Shown: positions 13,596 to 26,153, counted from the first letter of the stretch. The stretch is DNA of 64,000 nt from Octopus bimaculoides (GCF_001194135.2 NC_068996.1:13109316-13173315), one strand, 5' to 3'. The notes: generated from the sequence alone by a model not told the origin. Program-made: numbers and translations.

Positions 13596-13820
13596 GGCGG
13601 CGAGTTGGCAGAAACGTTAGCACGCCGGGCGAAATGCTTAGGGGTATTTCGTCTGCCGCTACGTTCTGAGTTCAAATTCCGCCGAGGTCGACTTTGCTTT
13701 CATCCTTTCGGATTAAATAAGTATCAGTAACGCACTGGGGTCGATATAATCGACTTAATCCGTTTGTCTGTCCTTGCTTGTCCCCTCTGTGTGTAGTCCC
13801 TTGTGGGCAGTAAAGAAATA
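13596..13820 (+). mobile_element. SINE family A, full length, with 16-bp target site duplication
   Basis: ggcggcgagttggcagaaacgttag head, gagttcaaattcc B-box-like motif, gtcgactttgctttcatcc core; perfect TSD tgaaactatatgccaa at 13579-13594 and 13821-13836. Confidence 0.92.
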
Positions 13821-15252
13821 TGAAACTATATGCCAATAACATGCATGAATTGAAAAAAAGCCTTGACCTGGGTACAACATTCTCAAAGGATATAAGATTG
13901 GAGTTTGGTCAGGATAAATGTTCCTATATGGTTGTGAACAGAGAGGAAACTGAAAATTAGAATAGCAGCATTCCCATCAATGGCTCGACTGTGACCTTGA
14001 TATTTGATGAGGAGTGTTATATGTATTTATGAGTAGTTGAAGACATATCTTACGACGACAACTGTAACCAGCAACGCGTTACTAAATAATAGAAGAGCTA
14101 GATGGCAAAATATGAGCCTCGGGACTCTCTGTGTACAATAAAGCAGTGGTCCACAATGTGTTTGCAGTACCAATACTCATACCAACATTTGAACTACTTG
14201 ACGAAACCTGAGCCATTCATGAAAAATCCCCGAAAATAGTAACCAACACAAATAATTTTCCCATCAAAAATGGCGTAGACCAACTCTGCCTAAACGAAAA
14301 CATGGAGGAAGATGCTTAACAACGATCCAGACTGTTTTTGAATCTTTTGAATATTTCTTCGGCAGTATCCTTTAACCGTCAGGTGGCATAGGGCAACCCT
14401 TGACCAAGTCTGCATACACAATGCTGATAACTTTATAAGACTTTATAAGTAGCTCTTCGAGCAACGTTCTTCGTCTGGTGACCTTGAATACATGTTCCAA
14501 AATTGCACGACTCTATTGTAACATATCATCACATGAAAAGAAGAGTGTATATCAGAAGAAAACCATGCATCGATATGTTAGCAGAAAGCCCCAGGATGGT
14601 AACATTCACCAAATTACCAACTTTCAAATTGTATGGTACTAATCCAGGTAGGGAAAAAAGCAACCCTGGTGCACAAAACGGACAGAGACGCAAAAAACAC
14701 CAAAATATGATAACCGATACAGACTTTGTGAACTTAACATCGAAGATATCACCGATATCATAACCAGCTGCCCAAAAATGTTATCACGTTATCCATCGAT
14801 AACACATGATGTAGCCAAGAAACTATACAATGAGATCTGTTAAAACGATAATTATCAGATCATGTATACCTTCCCTGTTAATGTTATTGAAATCCCAATG
14901 AAGAAGAGTTGGATCTGGGTTAGAAACCGGCTCTTTCCCCATTGGCAAGAAATCTAGAATTCAAACTAATAACATACATATATGCGTACACACATATATA
15001 CGTACGCATATACATACGTACCTACAAATGTACATATATACGTATATATACGTACATACATGCATACGTACAAACTTACAAAGTTACCTCGCTGATGTGG
15101 TCTAAATTGCAATGAAAGAGCTTGTTTCTTGGCTAAAAACCAACTCTTTCCGTATTTGTGAGAAATGAATAAATAGATTAATAAATAAAGCCAAGAAAAC
15201 ACACATATTCACACAAACGGACATACACAGAGACAGATATAAACACATACAT

Positions 15253-15298
<46 letters not shown>

Positions 15299-15369
15299 GT
15301 GTCTCTATGCATTGATGTGTATCTATATTTTTATGCACGCATGTACATATGTTTAATATATATTTTATC

Positions 15370-15570
15370 GTTTAATTGATTCAGTCATTGGACTGCGGCC
15401 AAGCTGGGGCGCCACCTTTAAGGCTTCGTCGAATAAATAGACCTTAGGAATTATGTCTGTTTCTGAAAATCTGCTATTTATTCTATCGGTCTTGCCGAAC
15501 TGTTAAGTTACTGGGACGTAAACGAATAAACACCGGTCGTCAAGCGGTAGAAAGGCCAAACACAAAGACT
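15370..15570 (-). mobile_element. SINE family B, 3' half
   Basis: Reverse complement of the cgcttgac...ttacgtcccagtaacttaacagttcggcaagaccgatagaataa...gactgaa family tail. Confidence 0.7.
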
Positions 15571-15876
15571 CAAATAGACATGCGCGCATATTTGACCAGC
15601 GGGGTTATAAGTATACACACACAGACACCACATTTACATACATACACGCATGCAAGCACACACACATCCAAGCACACACACATCCAAGCACACACTACAT
15701 ACACACACACATACATACATACGTAATACATACAAACACACACAGACACACAGACACACACACACACATATATACATACATGCATACGTACATACAAATA
15801 TACAAATATACATACATACATACATACATACATACATACACACATAAAACAGACAGAAATAACAGGTTATATGCGT

Positions 15877-16009
15877 TTATTTATCTATTACGTGCTTACA
15901 ACTGACTCAGATACGAATTTGGGTGCGGTCATGGTTCAGTTTTATCGATCGATCAATTGATCAACTGAAAATAGAGGGAACGACCCTGGCAATAATACCT
16001 TCATCAGAG
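15877..16009 (-). repeat. ~130-bp diverged repeat, inverted relative to a copy at 20510-20644
   Basis: Reverse complement ctctgatgaaggtattattgcc...gataaaactgaaccatgaccgcacccaaat aligns by eye with ctctgacgaaagtatcattgcc...gataaaattgaaccacgaacgcacccaaat. Confidence 0.75.
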
Positions 16010-16089
16010 TTAAAATAAGTAAATTACACAAGTGTTAAGTAAAAAATGTAGACCCCCAAACAAAACCGAATTGAATCAAAGCGAAAGAA

Positions 16090-19000
16090 ATCAACAATAA
16101 AACAAAAAGAAAAAGGAGAAAACTGAAAATAAAATGTAAGGGAATGGATATATGGGAATAAAAAACAGAAAGTAAAAGGAACATTTTCTTATTAAGTAAG
16201 ACAAGGAAAAGGGATCGGAGCTAACTATAAAACGATCGATGACGTGATGAACACAGGAATTCACGATACATGCCAATGAACAACTTCTACGAAATGTTAT
16301 TAAACTATGGAAAGACGACTGTGAATCGGAAGAAATTATTTCACTACAACGATGGGAAAACAATATCAATTTTTTACTCAACTACGAATACCAATTCAAA
16401 AAAGACTACACCTCAGACAACCCCTTTTTTTAAAAATTCAAAACAAATACATCCACAGAAACCAATAATCGTACACCCAGATCAAACTTCCAACACAGAC
16501 ACACAAAACTACTCCACCACTGGGAAGACAACCACCACCAACTTTACAATAACAATCCTCCATTAATAGGGAATACCAATAAGAACCACCCAATAATAGG
16601 AAACACCAGTAAGAAACACCCCATGACAAGGAAGAATAATAATAATAATAACAATTATTATTTCAATTCTTTCCCTCCCACAGCTAGAAACAGACAGGGG
16701 ATCCTACCTACTCCTCAACATAGGAATTCAACTTTCGGAATTACAACTCCCTCACCCAGACAAAGAGAACAACTTCACAGTATCCCATACAGGACCAAAC
16801 ACACCTACAACTCATTCCATCGTAAACACCCACACCACATAATCCCAACCAATTCACCTACACAACAATACTCCCACAATAGCAGCCCTAACACTGAGAA
16901 CCCCTTCCAACCTAATTACAACAAATAACGTTTTTTAGACAGAGTAGAAGAGACACAGGGACACGCGTTGGAACATATCTTACGGGAGAAACCCAAAATA
17001 ATCAATTTATCTAAAAAAAAACTCTCTCCACAACAAAAATCCATATTTTAGCTAAAGGTTTAAAATTTACACCCACTCTACGTAGACCCAACGCCAATGA
17101 AATTAAAGATAATATTGCAGAATTCTGCAGAAAGCTTCGTTTGACAGAAGCACTTAACAACTACAATAACGATGACGAATCACTAGTGAGAAACGAAAGT
17201 AATTATCTACCCCCGAAAGGAAGGAATAAAACACTAGATGACTTCTGCAACCGTATCCAGAATTTTCCTCACACTATCTATAAACCAAAAATTGTACCTA
17301 ACTTCAACAACCTACAATGAAAGCACCTACTACAGCTAAAAGACGACAAAGACCTCAAAGAATCAGACAAAAGTGGTGCTGTAGTAGTGATGGACACAGA
17401 ATACTATAAAAACCTAGCATTGTCCATACTAGAAAATAACTCCTTCTACGAAAAAGTTGCAAATTATAGGCAAAAGAATTTTTTTTATCTTGCAACTTTA
17501 ATACTCAAACAGAAAAAGAAAAAGACTACATCACAAACTTCAAATGCAAACCAAAACTTTTCTGTGGCCTCCCCCAAATCCACAAGAGTCAAATAATTAC
17601 TATTGCCTGCAAATCGAATCCAGGTCTATGCATAAATATCCCAACACCAGAAGACTTAAAATTAAGGCCTATTATAGCCTGTGAAACACACCGCCTAAGC
17701 AACTTTCTGGACATACTATTGAAACCTTTCCTCAAATACATTAGAAGTTTCATTAGAGACGATCTGGAATGCTAGGGCATCAGCCAAAAACTACCAATGA
17801 ATAAGACCTATTAATCTCCTTCGATGTCATTAACCTAACATTCCACATGTCTACGGAATAGAGGCAATAAAATTCTGGTTAGAAAAATACCCCGAAATTC
17901 TCCTGGATCGCATAAACCAGACTTCTGTCATTGAATCCCTGAAGTTCATTCTACAAAACAATTACTTCCTATTCGATACAACATACTACCGCCAAAAATG
18001 CGGTATTGTGATGGGAACGAAAGCAGCGCCTGTTCTTGCGAACCTAATAATGGGTTTCTTTGAATCTACCCTATATGAACTTTCGCTCCAAAAATTTGGA
18101 ACCCCATTCCACCAGTATATAAGAGAAAACTGAAAAAGGAACTTAGACGATTGTTTTATCATCTGGAATGAAGCCTATGATAAACTCCTGGATTTCAAAT
18201 CCACACTGAACAATATAAACCCCAACATCAAATTTACAATGGAATATAGCAAGGAACAGCTCCCATTTCTGGACATTTTGATTTTAAAATATCTAACAAC
18301 CAAATTGCAACTGACATTTAGTACAAACCAACAGACTCAAGACAGTATCTTCTTTTCAATTCATGCCATCCTAAATACACCAAAATATATATCCCATTCA
18401 ATCTAGCGAAAAGGATCTTAACAATTGTATCTGACACCACTCAGGAACTTCGCCTACAAGAACTCAAAATAACACTCATTGAACGTCAATACCCACCTAG
18501 ACTTATAGAACATGGAATTAAATGTGCCAAGACATCGGACACAAACACTAAGGACAACAACACAAAACACTACACCTCACCTTAAATCACTCCAATGCAT
18601 ATCAACCCACAACCCCAGAAACAATGAAGCATACACACAATTATACAAAATCTCCCTCTGTTCACTCAAGACCCGAAAATGAACAGCATCCTAAACACAC
18701 AAAAACTCCTCAAATCCAACAGACAAGAGAAATCACTCAAGTGACTCCTAACAAATGCAAAACTATACTCTATACATACAATACCAACAGTTAAAAAATG
18801 CAGACGACCTAATTGTGGTACATGCCCATAACTAACTGAAGGCTCGGAATTCACATTCCAGCAAGGACAAAAATTCTCAATTATGACCAACTTTACATGT
18901 GCTTCCCAGAACCTTATGTATGAGCCTTACTTTGAGACGCAGATTCATGCCTCATAAAGAACAGATTCGTTTCCCTCAATACAGGCAGATAGCACTGAGC

Positions 19001-19335
19001 GGACATATCGACAGATGCGCAGGTAATAAAACGCCGAATTTTCATATCTTCCCATTATACCAATGCAAAGATTCAATCGCAGTACAAGAACGCCTAAACA
19101 CTGAAAACCTTTTCATACAAAAGTACCGACCACACCTCAATATACAAATTTGACCATTTTAAAAATTATATTAAGGAGCCAGTTGTCCCCCTTGCCACCT
19201 GTTGCTTCCCTTGGTTCACTCTCTAGACTCATTCTTATTTTTCAAACATGATGAGTCCCCTTTGTCACGGGAATTGACTACCGTACAATATCCCTTGAAA
19301 AGCTAATTTAAATAGCGAAAACGGGTTGGATTTCA
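16090..19335 (+). mobile_element. Near-full-length but inactivated Penelope-like element (N-terminal domain, RT, GIY-YIG, 3' UTR)
   Basis: LWKDDCESEEIISLQRWENN; IINLS; AKGLKFTPT; KESDKSGAVVVMD; LKLRPII; SFDVINL; CGIVMGTKAAPVLANLIMG; RNLDDCFIIW (YLDD changed to NLDD, ~18137-18160); NIKFTMEYSKEQLPFLD; KPTDSRQYLLFNSCHP; CRRPNCGTCP; NFTCASQNLMY...HKEQIRFPQYRQI...KYRPHLN*. Numerous frameshifts and stops. Confidence 0.95.
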
Positions 19336-19814
19336 TGACATCCATATAATATGTGTATATTCATAAAAAGATATTAAACTATATGAAACGAAGGCATTTC
19401 TCTTCCACTTTTTATACTTGTTTTCCACATATTTTCAAATATATATATATATATATATGCGAGTAAAAATAAATACAAAAAAGGTGGGGTTTTTTTGTAT
19501 GATTGTGTATAGAGGAATATATTATTTTGCTTAAAAGAGTTCCAACACTGTCTGTTTTTTATGTTTTATTTATATTCCTGCAGAACTAATGTGGGGTATA
19601 GAATATGGAATATACAATATATAATATGATATACAATATACAATATAAAATAAAATAAAATAAAAATGGATGGCACCATGAAAGAAAGTATTGAATGTAG
19701 ATGAAATATTGAGTGTTCAATATAAAGGATCAAATATATAAATATATAAATATAAATATATATATATAATATATTTATATATATAATAAGCATGTGTGTG
19801 TGAGCGTGTGTGTG

Positions 19815-20025
19815 TGTGTATCTGTGATTGTCCCTTACCGCCGCTTGACGACTGGTGTTTGTGTGTTTGCGTCCCCGTGATTTAGCTGTTCGGCCAAAGA
19901 CCGATAGAATAAGTACCAGGCTTAAAAACGTACTGGGGTTGATTCGTTCGACTAAAATTAATTGTTCAAGGCGGTGCCCCAGCATGGCTGTAGACTAGTG
20001 ACTGAAACAAGTAAAAGTACAAGAT
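19815..20025 (+). mobile_element. SINE family B, 3' half
   Basis: cgcttgacgactggtg...gaccgatagaataagtaccagg...ggcggtgccccagcatggc...gactgaaacaagtaaaag following a (TG)n tract. Confidence 0.8.
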
Positions 20026-20509
20026 AAGGGTCAAAAGATTTCGTCACTTTTAAATATATATATTTCCACCAAATCTGTCACCTGAGCGGTGTTGCTGATT
20101 CCATAGTGATATCTAAATTGTTGGCTTATACTTCATAGTCCAAAACATACTATCATACTTGATAATTGTGCTACCTTTTAGTTTGTATGTTTCCAAATAT
20201 TCCTCGCTCACATAACTTACAAAAATATAATAGTAAATGCCAGAAGCCTGGTACTGATCTAACATAATTTTTCAAAAATATAGTAGTAAACTACAAAAGC
20301 CTAACACAGACGATAAAGAGGTTGTAGGGTGTCAAATTTCTTTACTGGATGTCAAACCTATTCACCCGTCGTAAGAGATAACAATAGCTTAAGGTTGATG
20401 GCTAGATGCAGGCGACCTAGTTCTGTATAAATGCCACACTAACCCTATTCCATTCTCTCTCTCTTTTTTTTTTATTTCTTGTGTTTCTTTGGCAGTCGAT
20501 TTGCTTTTG

Positions 20510-20644
20510 CTCTGACGAAAGTATCATTGCCCTGATCATTCCTTATATTTTAAGTCTATCAATCAATCGATTGATAAAATTGAACCACGAACGCACCCAA
20601 ATGAATATCAGAAACTGCTATAAGCCTGTAACAGATGTCAATAA
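20510..20644 (+). repeat. Second copy of the ~130-bp repeat (inverse of 15877-16009)
   Basis: By-eye alignment to 15877-16009, roughly three-quarters identical. Confidence 0.75.
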
Positions 20645-20799
20645 TATAATATTTCTGGCTATTTTATGTGTTACTCTATAAAAACGTATCATCTTCACTG
20701 GGTAATGCAACCATTAATTTATAAATTTCTCTGGTGATGGACTTCGACGTCGGCTTTCGACTTCATATGACCTGGGGTATACCAGAGGGTACTGTGAAG

Positions 20800-20950
20800 C
20801 CCCTAGATTGAAGGGTGTCGCAAAAGGCCTGGTTGAAGATCCAACCTTCCGAGTTCTTCTACAGGGCTTAGAAAATCTGAAGGAACGCTACAATAAGTAT
20901 GTGAATCTGAGTGGGAAATATGTTGAATAAAATCATAATTAACTGATCCT
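20800..20950 (+). mobile_element. Tc1/mariner transposase C-terminal fragment
   Basis: AWLKIQPSEFFYR then ENLKERYNKYVNLSGKYVE* (frameshift between); homologous to the copy at 50556-50736. Confidence 0.75.
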
Positions 20951-21028
20951 CCTACACACACTCACACACACACACACATACACACACACGTACACACACA
21001 CACATACACACACACATACACACACATA

Positions 21029-21087
<59 letters not shown>

Positions 21088-21687
21088 NNNNNNNNNNNNN
21101 NNNNNNNNNNNNNNNNNNNNNNNNNNNNNNNNNNNNNNNNNNNNNNNNNNNNNNNNNNNNNNNNNNNNNNNNNNNNNNNNNNNNNNNNNNNNNNNNNNNN
21201 NNNNNNCACATATATATGTGTATATATATATACATATATATACATATACATATATAATATATATATACACACACATATATATATGTATATATATAATATA
21301 TATAAATATAAATACATATGGATCTAGGACTTTTCATCTAAAACACTTCGGCCTAATGCACTTTGTATCTAAATGCCCTTTAGTATATAAAGATTTTTAT
21401 CTAAACTCACTTTGGTCTAATAACTACTTTGCCTACAGAAGCTCAAAAATGAAAATGTAAAAGATCTAAATAACTATACTCCAATAATCCTTTGTGTCTT
21501 TAGACGAAAATGCTTTTAGACCAAAGTATCTAAGACCAAAGTGCCGTATTTCATGCATATATATATATATATATATATGTATACACACGCACGCGCGCAT
21601 ATATATATACATATATAGATATCAATATTTATATGTTAACAGAACAAACTTACACACAGTACAAAATTAAAGGGGAAAAGATATGAT

Positions 21688-21768
21688 GTTACATGTCCTA
21701 CAGCTGTTTCTGGGGGCTCAAAAGTTACTTGATAATGTAGGCAGATGTAGTTCACCAGGATATGTAAC
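21688..21768 (-). ncRNA. Degenerate hammerhead-like motif
   Basis: Minus strand gttacatatc-CTGGTGA-...-GAAA-CAGCTGTA-g-gacatgtaac: 10-bp stem I with one mismatch and palindromic AGCT loop, but A6 is G and there is no clear stem II. Confidence 0.4.
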
Positions 21769-21799
21769 CAATAATGGAAGCAAATAAAGGTACGACTTC

Positions 21800-21863
21800 C
21801 GTCTTCAGGATGGAGAGATAAAAATCAGACTGATTAGATTTTTATCTCTCCATCCTGAAGACG
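21800..21863. repeat. Perfect 27-bp inverted repeat with 10-nt spacer
   Basis: cgtcttcaggatggagagataaaaatc (21800-21826) and its exact reverse complement (21837-21863). Confidence 0.95.
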
Positions 21864-22304
21864 TGATCGACTTACACATACTCCTGTATTTGCTGGCCTT
21901 GTGCAAACATTTGGGACCAATATGTAATTTTCCATGAATCCTTGAAACGTGACTTTAGGAATGGAAGGGTAAATCAGTGGATGAAATGTAGCATATTGAA
22001 TTGAATGAAAATGTTTCTTGGAATGTGCCTTATATTTTTATTCGTACACGATTTTATACTCTGTGCTGATCTAGGAAGATTTCCCGTTAATCTTTGATAA
22101 AAACAAATGAAATTAATATATTGAAAGTAAAGACTTAAGCAGAAATAGGAAAATAGATATGAATTATTTAGGAATAAAATTTTCCTTATTTCGAAAGTAA
22201 ATTATTGTAAACCTGAAGTTGTGCAGATAAATAGTGTTTTTTCGTTGTGTATGGCTGTAATTTGGCATTGTTAGGCTTATTTCTATAAGAACAATATTTG
22301 TTAT

Positions 22305-22700
22305 AGCGTGGCTGCGTGGTACGAAGCTTGCATCCCAATCACATGGTTCCGAGTTCAGTCCCACTGCGTGGCACCTCGGGTAAATGTCTGCTACTATAGC
22401 CTTGGGCCGACCAATGCTTGGTGAGTCGATTTGGCTGACGAAAACTGGAAGAAGTCTGTCGTATGCATGAATGCATGCATGTATGTATGTGTGTATGTGT
22501 GCGTATCTTTGTGACAATGTTTTTCCTTACCATCACTTGAAAACCGGTATTGGTGTGTTTACGTCCCCGTAACTTAGCGGTTCAGCAAAAAAGAACGATA
22601 AAAAAGCAAGTACTAGTGTCTATTCATTCGATTAAAAAATTATTCAAGGCAGTGCCCCAGAATGAGTGCAGTCTAATGACTGAAACAAGTAAAAGATAAG
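22305..22700 (+). mobile_element. SINE family B, near full length
   Basis: gcgtggctgcgtggtacgaagcttgc...gagttcagtccca head, gggccgacca body, internal (TATG) tract, gactgaaacaagtaaaaga tail. Confidence 0.88.
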
Positions 22701-22714
22701 AGATAGAAAATAAA

Positions 22715-23500
22715 GATATACTCAACACTGCACATTCTCGATAAGGCAACGTAGAGTTGCCCATGTATGATTAGTGGTTTTGCTAAATGCAAATTAATCT
22801 TCTAAAATGTCTGTCCTTGCGGTTTATTAATTGTCATTGCCATTGCTAATCTAATAGGAAATTGCTGTCTAATTAATGTAAATAACTTTACACCAACTGA
22901 AGAAAGAGTGGCTCTTGGAATAAACAAAGTTTTCTGTGTCATGTGGGCCTTCAATCATAATTTTGCCTTAATGATTTTTGCATGAATATCTTGAATAACT
23001 AAATGTATACCATTACACATGCCATTAGCCTGGTTAATTGTATGTCGTATGATAATATTTAATTTTAATTGGTGTGATGGCAAACCTGAAACGTTTAGTG
23101 TATTTAAGTACTCTGTAGTGAATTCTCAAGAGTTAGCCTGATTCGAACATTGATCTTGACTAAGCAATACATTTTCAACTCCTGGGAATATTTATAGTAT
23201 CTCCTCATTAATAAGATCAGTATCAACATTTTTGAAGTCATTGAAATCATGAACAATGTTACATCCCTGGCCCTGTAGCAATTTCACTATTCCTACTACT
23301 ACAAACCGATTTCCTACATGGGGTACGAACTTGTTGAACTGAATTTGTTTATTCTGATCCTCCGAATTCTGTGCATAGGGTTTTAGCCGCATGTTTTCTG
23401 TCAGTTGACTTTGTTTTTCTGTTTCCATAAAGAAGAATTATTGAAACTACTGTCCACTACAAAGCAACATACAATGGACCAAGCCACAAAAGATTTATTT
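22715..23500 (-). mobile_element. Helitron PIF1-like helicase remnant
   Basis: Minus strand: LTENMRL; DTDLINEEIL*IFPG; TEYLNTLNVSGLPSHQLKL; QANGMCNGIHLVI; QQFPIRLAMAMTINKPQGQTF; HGQLYVALSR. Confidence 0.88.
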
Positions 23501-24162
23501 TCTAATTTAACAAAATTATTTAGTAAGGTACTCCTGAAACTGAAATACATTTTCTATTCACTTCAAGGTTATGATAATATTTCATTTCATCTTTCTCTTA
23601 TATATTGCATTAAGAAAGATGAACAGAAAGAATGACATTTTAAAATTTCATAAATTGAAAAATGTTTTCAATAAATGCAAAAATATATAAGTTTAGGTTA
23701 ACAATAAAATGTATTTTCAGAGTACATGTAAAATTACATTTATGTATTGACTCCTAAGGTTTTTTAGGCTGGTGCTTCTAACAGGTTTATCGGCCAACGT
23801 ATCTATGCACGCGTGTTTTTCCTACATACAGAGATAAGAAATTGAAATTGAAAGCTTTAAATTTCAGAAAGGGAAACAATGTTTTCAGTGAATGTAAAAA
23901 TACATACATTTCAAGCAGTGAAGTATTTTTATGGGAGAGGAGGCGGGAAATACAGTTGTAGTTGTAAATTCTATAAGCCTTAATTTCAGAGAGGAAAGAG
24001 AAAATATAATTTTGAAGAAAAAGAACAGATTATTGTTTTATTTAAAATTAAAAAAAAACGAGTGGAAACTTTAACGGAAATTACTGCCTGGATCGTTGAG
24101 TTTCTCTATATGGCTGCTGAACCTATTAGAAATAGCAGTCAAACAATACTATCGGATGAAAA

Positions 24163-24195
24163 TGTCTTGAGGAAATTTCGAACTTGGGTTCTCAT
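24163..24195 (-). repeat. 33-bp fragment of the hammerhead-bearing pLTR family (as at 3.5 and 54 kb), ending just before the ribozyme core
   Basis: Minus strand atgagaacccaagttcgaaatttcctcaagaca matches 53986-54018 and 3579-3610. Confidence 0.65.
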
Positions 24196-24344
24196 GCTTC
24201 AGTCTGAGGATTGCGTGAAGGCACTAGGCGTGTTAAATATGCTGTCTAAGTCGTTTTCATCGCAGTACCAGACAGTGGCTGTCATGGCTTCTGATCTTAA
24301 TTGATTGGAAGTGTTATCATGTACATTGTTTTGTCTTGGTATAA

Positions 24345-24806
24345 AAGATGGGCTACAGCAAATATTCTGCTTAATACCACATATTTGCTTGTCAGTTGTT
24401 TGACCTTAACCAGTTGAGCATAGCCCTTGGTGGCTGATGATATGTGCATCCCTGATCATGAGCAGAAGTAGTGGAGGAGCATCATAGCCATGTGTTGAGA
24501 GGAATTCTTTGGGGTTTGAATAATTCACCTTTGGAAACATGGGTGTTTTGCTCAACATCCTTAAACAAATTTATTCAGGGACCTTTTGAGCGGGATGGGC
24601 TACTCGACCTGAAGAAAATTCTAACTGGGCCCCACCTGCGAGGTCATGCACTGTTTATCTTGATATGAGATCACCATGTCACGCACATATCGTTATGATG
24701 CATGTGCCTGGTGTACCCTTATCAGATGGGTAGTCATGATGGGTATACTGGGCTTCGTATATTTTACCCCAGTGTCACTTTGATGGCATGCGCTGCTCTC
24801 TCACTC

Positions 24807-24870
<64 letters not shown>

Positions 24871-24882
24871 GTAATAATAATA
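24345..24882 (+). mobile_element. Unclassified retroposon-like sequence ending in an (AAT)n tail
   Basis: GC-richer non-coding block ending ctctcactc followed directly by ~24 AAT units (24809-24882). Family assignment uncertain. Confidence 0.4.
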
Positions 24883-24917
24883 GCTTCAAATTGTAGCTCA
24901 AGACTAGCAATTTCCGG

Positions 24918-25058
24918 TGTGTGCTCAACTGGTACTTATTCTATTGATCCCCGAATGGATGGACGGCATCGGTGGAACTTGAACCCAGAATGTGAAGACG
25001 GCCGAAATACTGCTAAGCATTTTGCCCAGCGTGCTAACTATTCCGCCAGCTCGTCGTC
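24918..25058 (-). mobile_element. SINE family A, 5' part
   Basis: Reverse complement of gacgagctggcggaatagttagcacgctgggcaaaatgcttagcagtatttcgg...gggttcaagttcc...aataagtaccagttgagcac. Confidence 0.75.
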
Positions 25059-25612
25059 TTTGATAATAATGATGACAATGATGATGATGATGATGCTGAT
25101 CATGATGATGATGATGATAAGATAGAAATTTAGAAAAAAGAAGAAGAAAACAACAACAACAACAACAACAAGATGAAAATGCGAATCCTGCATATAATGA
25201 GATAAACACGAGGATAGAAAGCAAAAATTATATAAATATAAATGAAAAATTTATGTTTGAATTTTTTAAAACATCTTTTTGGTTTTTCTGATTCCAAATA
25301 AGGAACGACATCGCAAATTAAAAGATAGATTTCTTTAAGTATACCTTTCAACTATTTATCTTTGTCTTGAATTTTTTTGGCTATATATTTCCATTTTATT
25401 TTTGTTTCTTTGTAATATTGTTTTCATTTTCAATTTAATCAGGTACATTTTTTCTTCTTTCTCTGCGAAACCAAATAGCTTTCATGTTAATGTTCGCATT
25501 ACAAACAATCTTGAGTTTACTAAGTCAAGAAAACTAGTTTTGAAGAAACAAGTAGCTGCTGTTAAACTCATTCTTAATCATAACAATGTAAATTTTCTTT
25601 CCTTATTTATCA

Positions 25613-25681
<69 letters not shown>

Positions 25682-25899
25682 TAAAATTTGTTGATTTAAT
25701 GCTTTTTGCCATGTATACTCACATTTCATCTTTTGATAGTATTGTATTGTAAGTCTACTTACATTTCAAATCTATTTTACTTTAACATTCAACTCTATGT
25801 AAATCCTCAAATTTCATGTTCGTCTTTGTATTGCCCCAATTATACGATGACCCGGTGGCAAATAAAAGAAATCTGCCTCTCCCAGTTCGTCATTATCAT

Positions 25900-26052
25900 A
25901 ATCATCATCGTCATCGTCATCCTCATCGTAATCATCACCATCATCATCATCACTATCATCATCGTCGTTGTCATCGTCATCGTCATCGTCGTCATCGTAA
26001 CCCCCACCACCACCACCACCAACATTCCCCCATCATCATCATCATAATCATC

Positions 26053-26110
<58 letters not shown>

Positions 26111-26153
26111 CCATCATCATCATCATTATCATCATCATCATCATCACCATCAC

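Larger units (their letters stand above)
12720..14900 (+). mobile_element. Decayed non-LTR retrotransposon of R4/Dong/NeSL (RLE) type
   Basis: Plus-strand remnants in order: TKLIP..HYRSIERQNLMYK, AEQAAGQKG, NLISMCLNYKRTFHSVRH, RRGIFQGDSL, FVNDLKLYA (catalytic D changed to N), FSKDIRLEFGQDKC, and a late zinc-knuckle-like ITSCPKM...HDVAKKLYNEIC. Many stops and frameshifts. Confidence 0.85.

Noticed and set aside
13596-13700. SINE heads as tRNA genes
   Set aside because: A/B-box-like motifs are present, but no cloverleaf or acceptor stem; they continue into SINE bodies with TSDs.
15988-16007. CTGATGAA-ggta-ttat-tgcc on the minus strand as a hammerhead
   Set aside because: Neither this copy nor its homologue at 20510 has the required GAAA after stem II.
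24062-24304. 80-aa ORF as a host exon or gene
   Set aside because: No convincing splice acceptor or recognisable domain, and it overlaps a pLTR fragment on the opposite strand.
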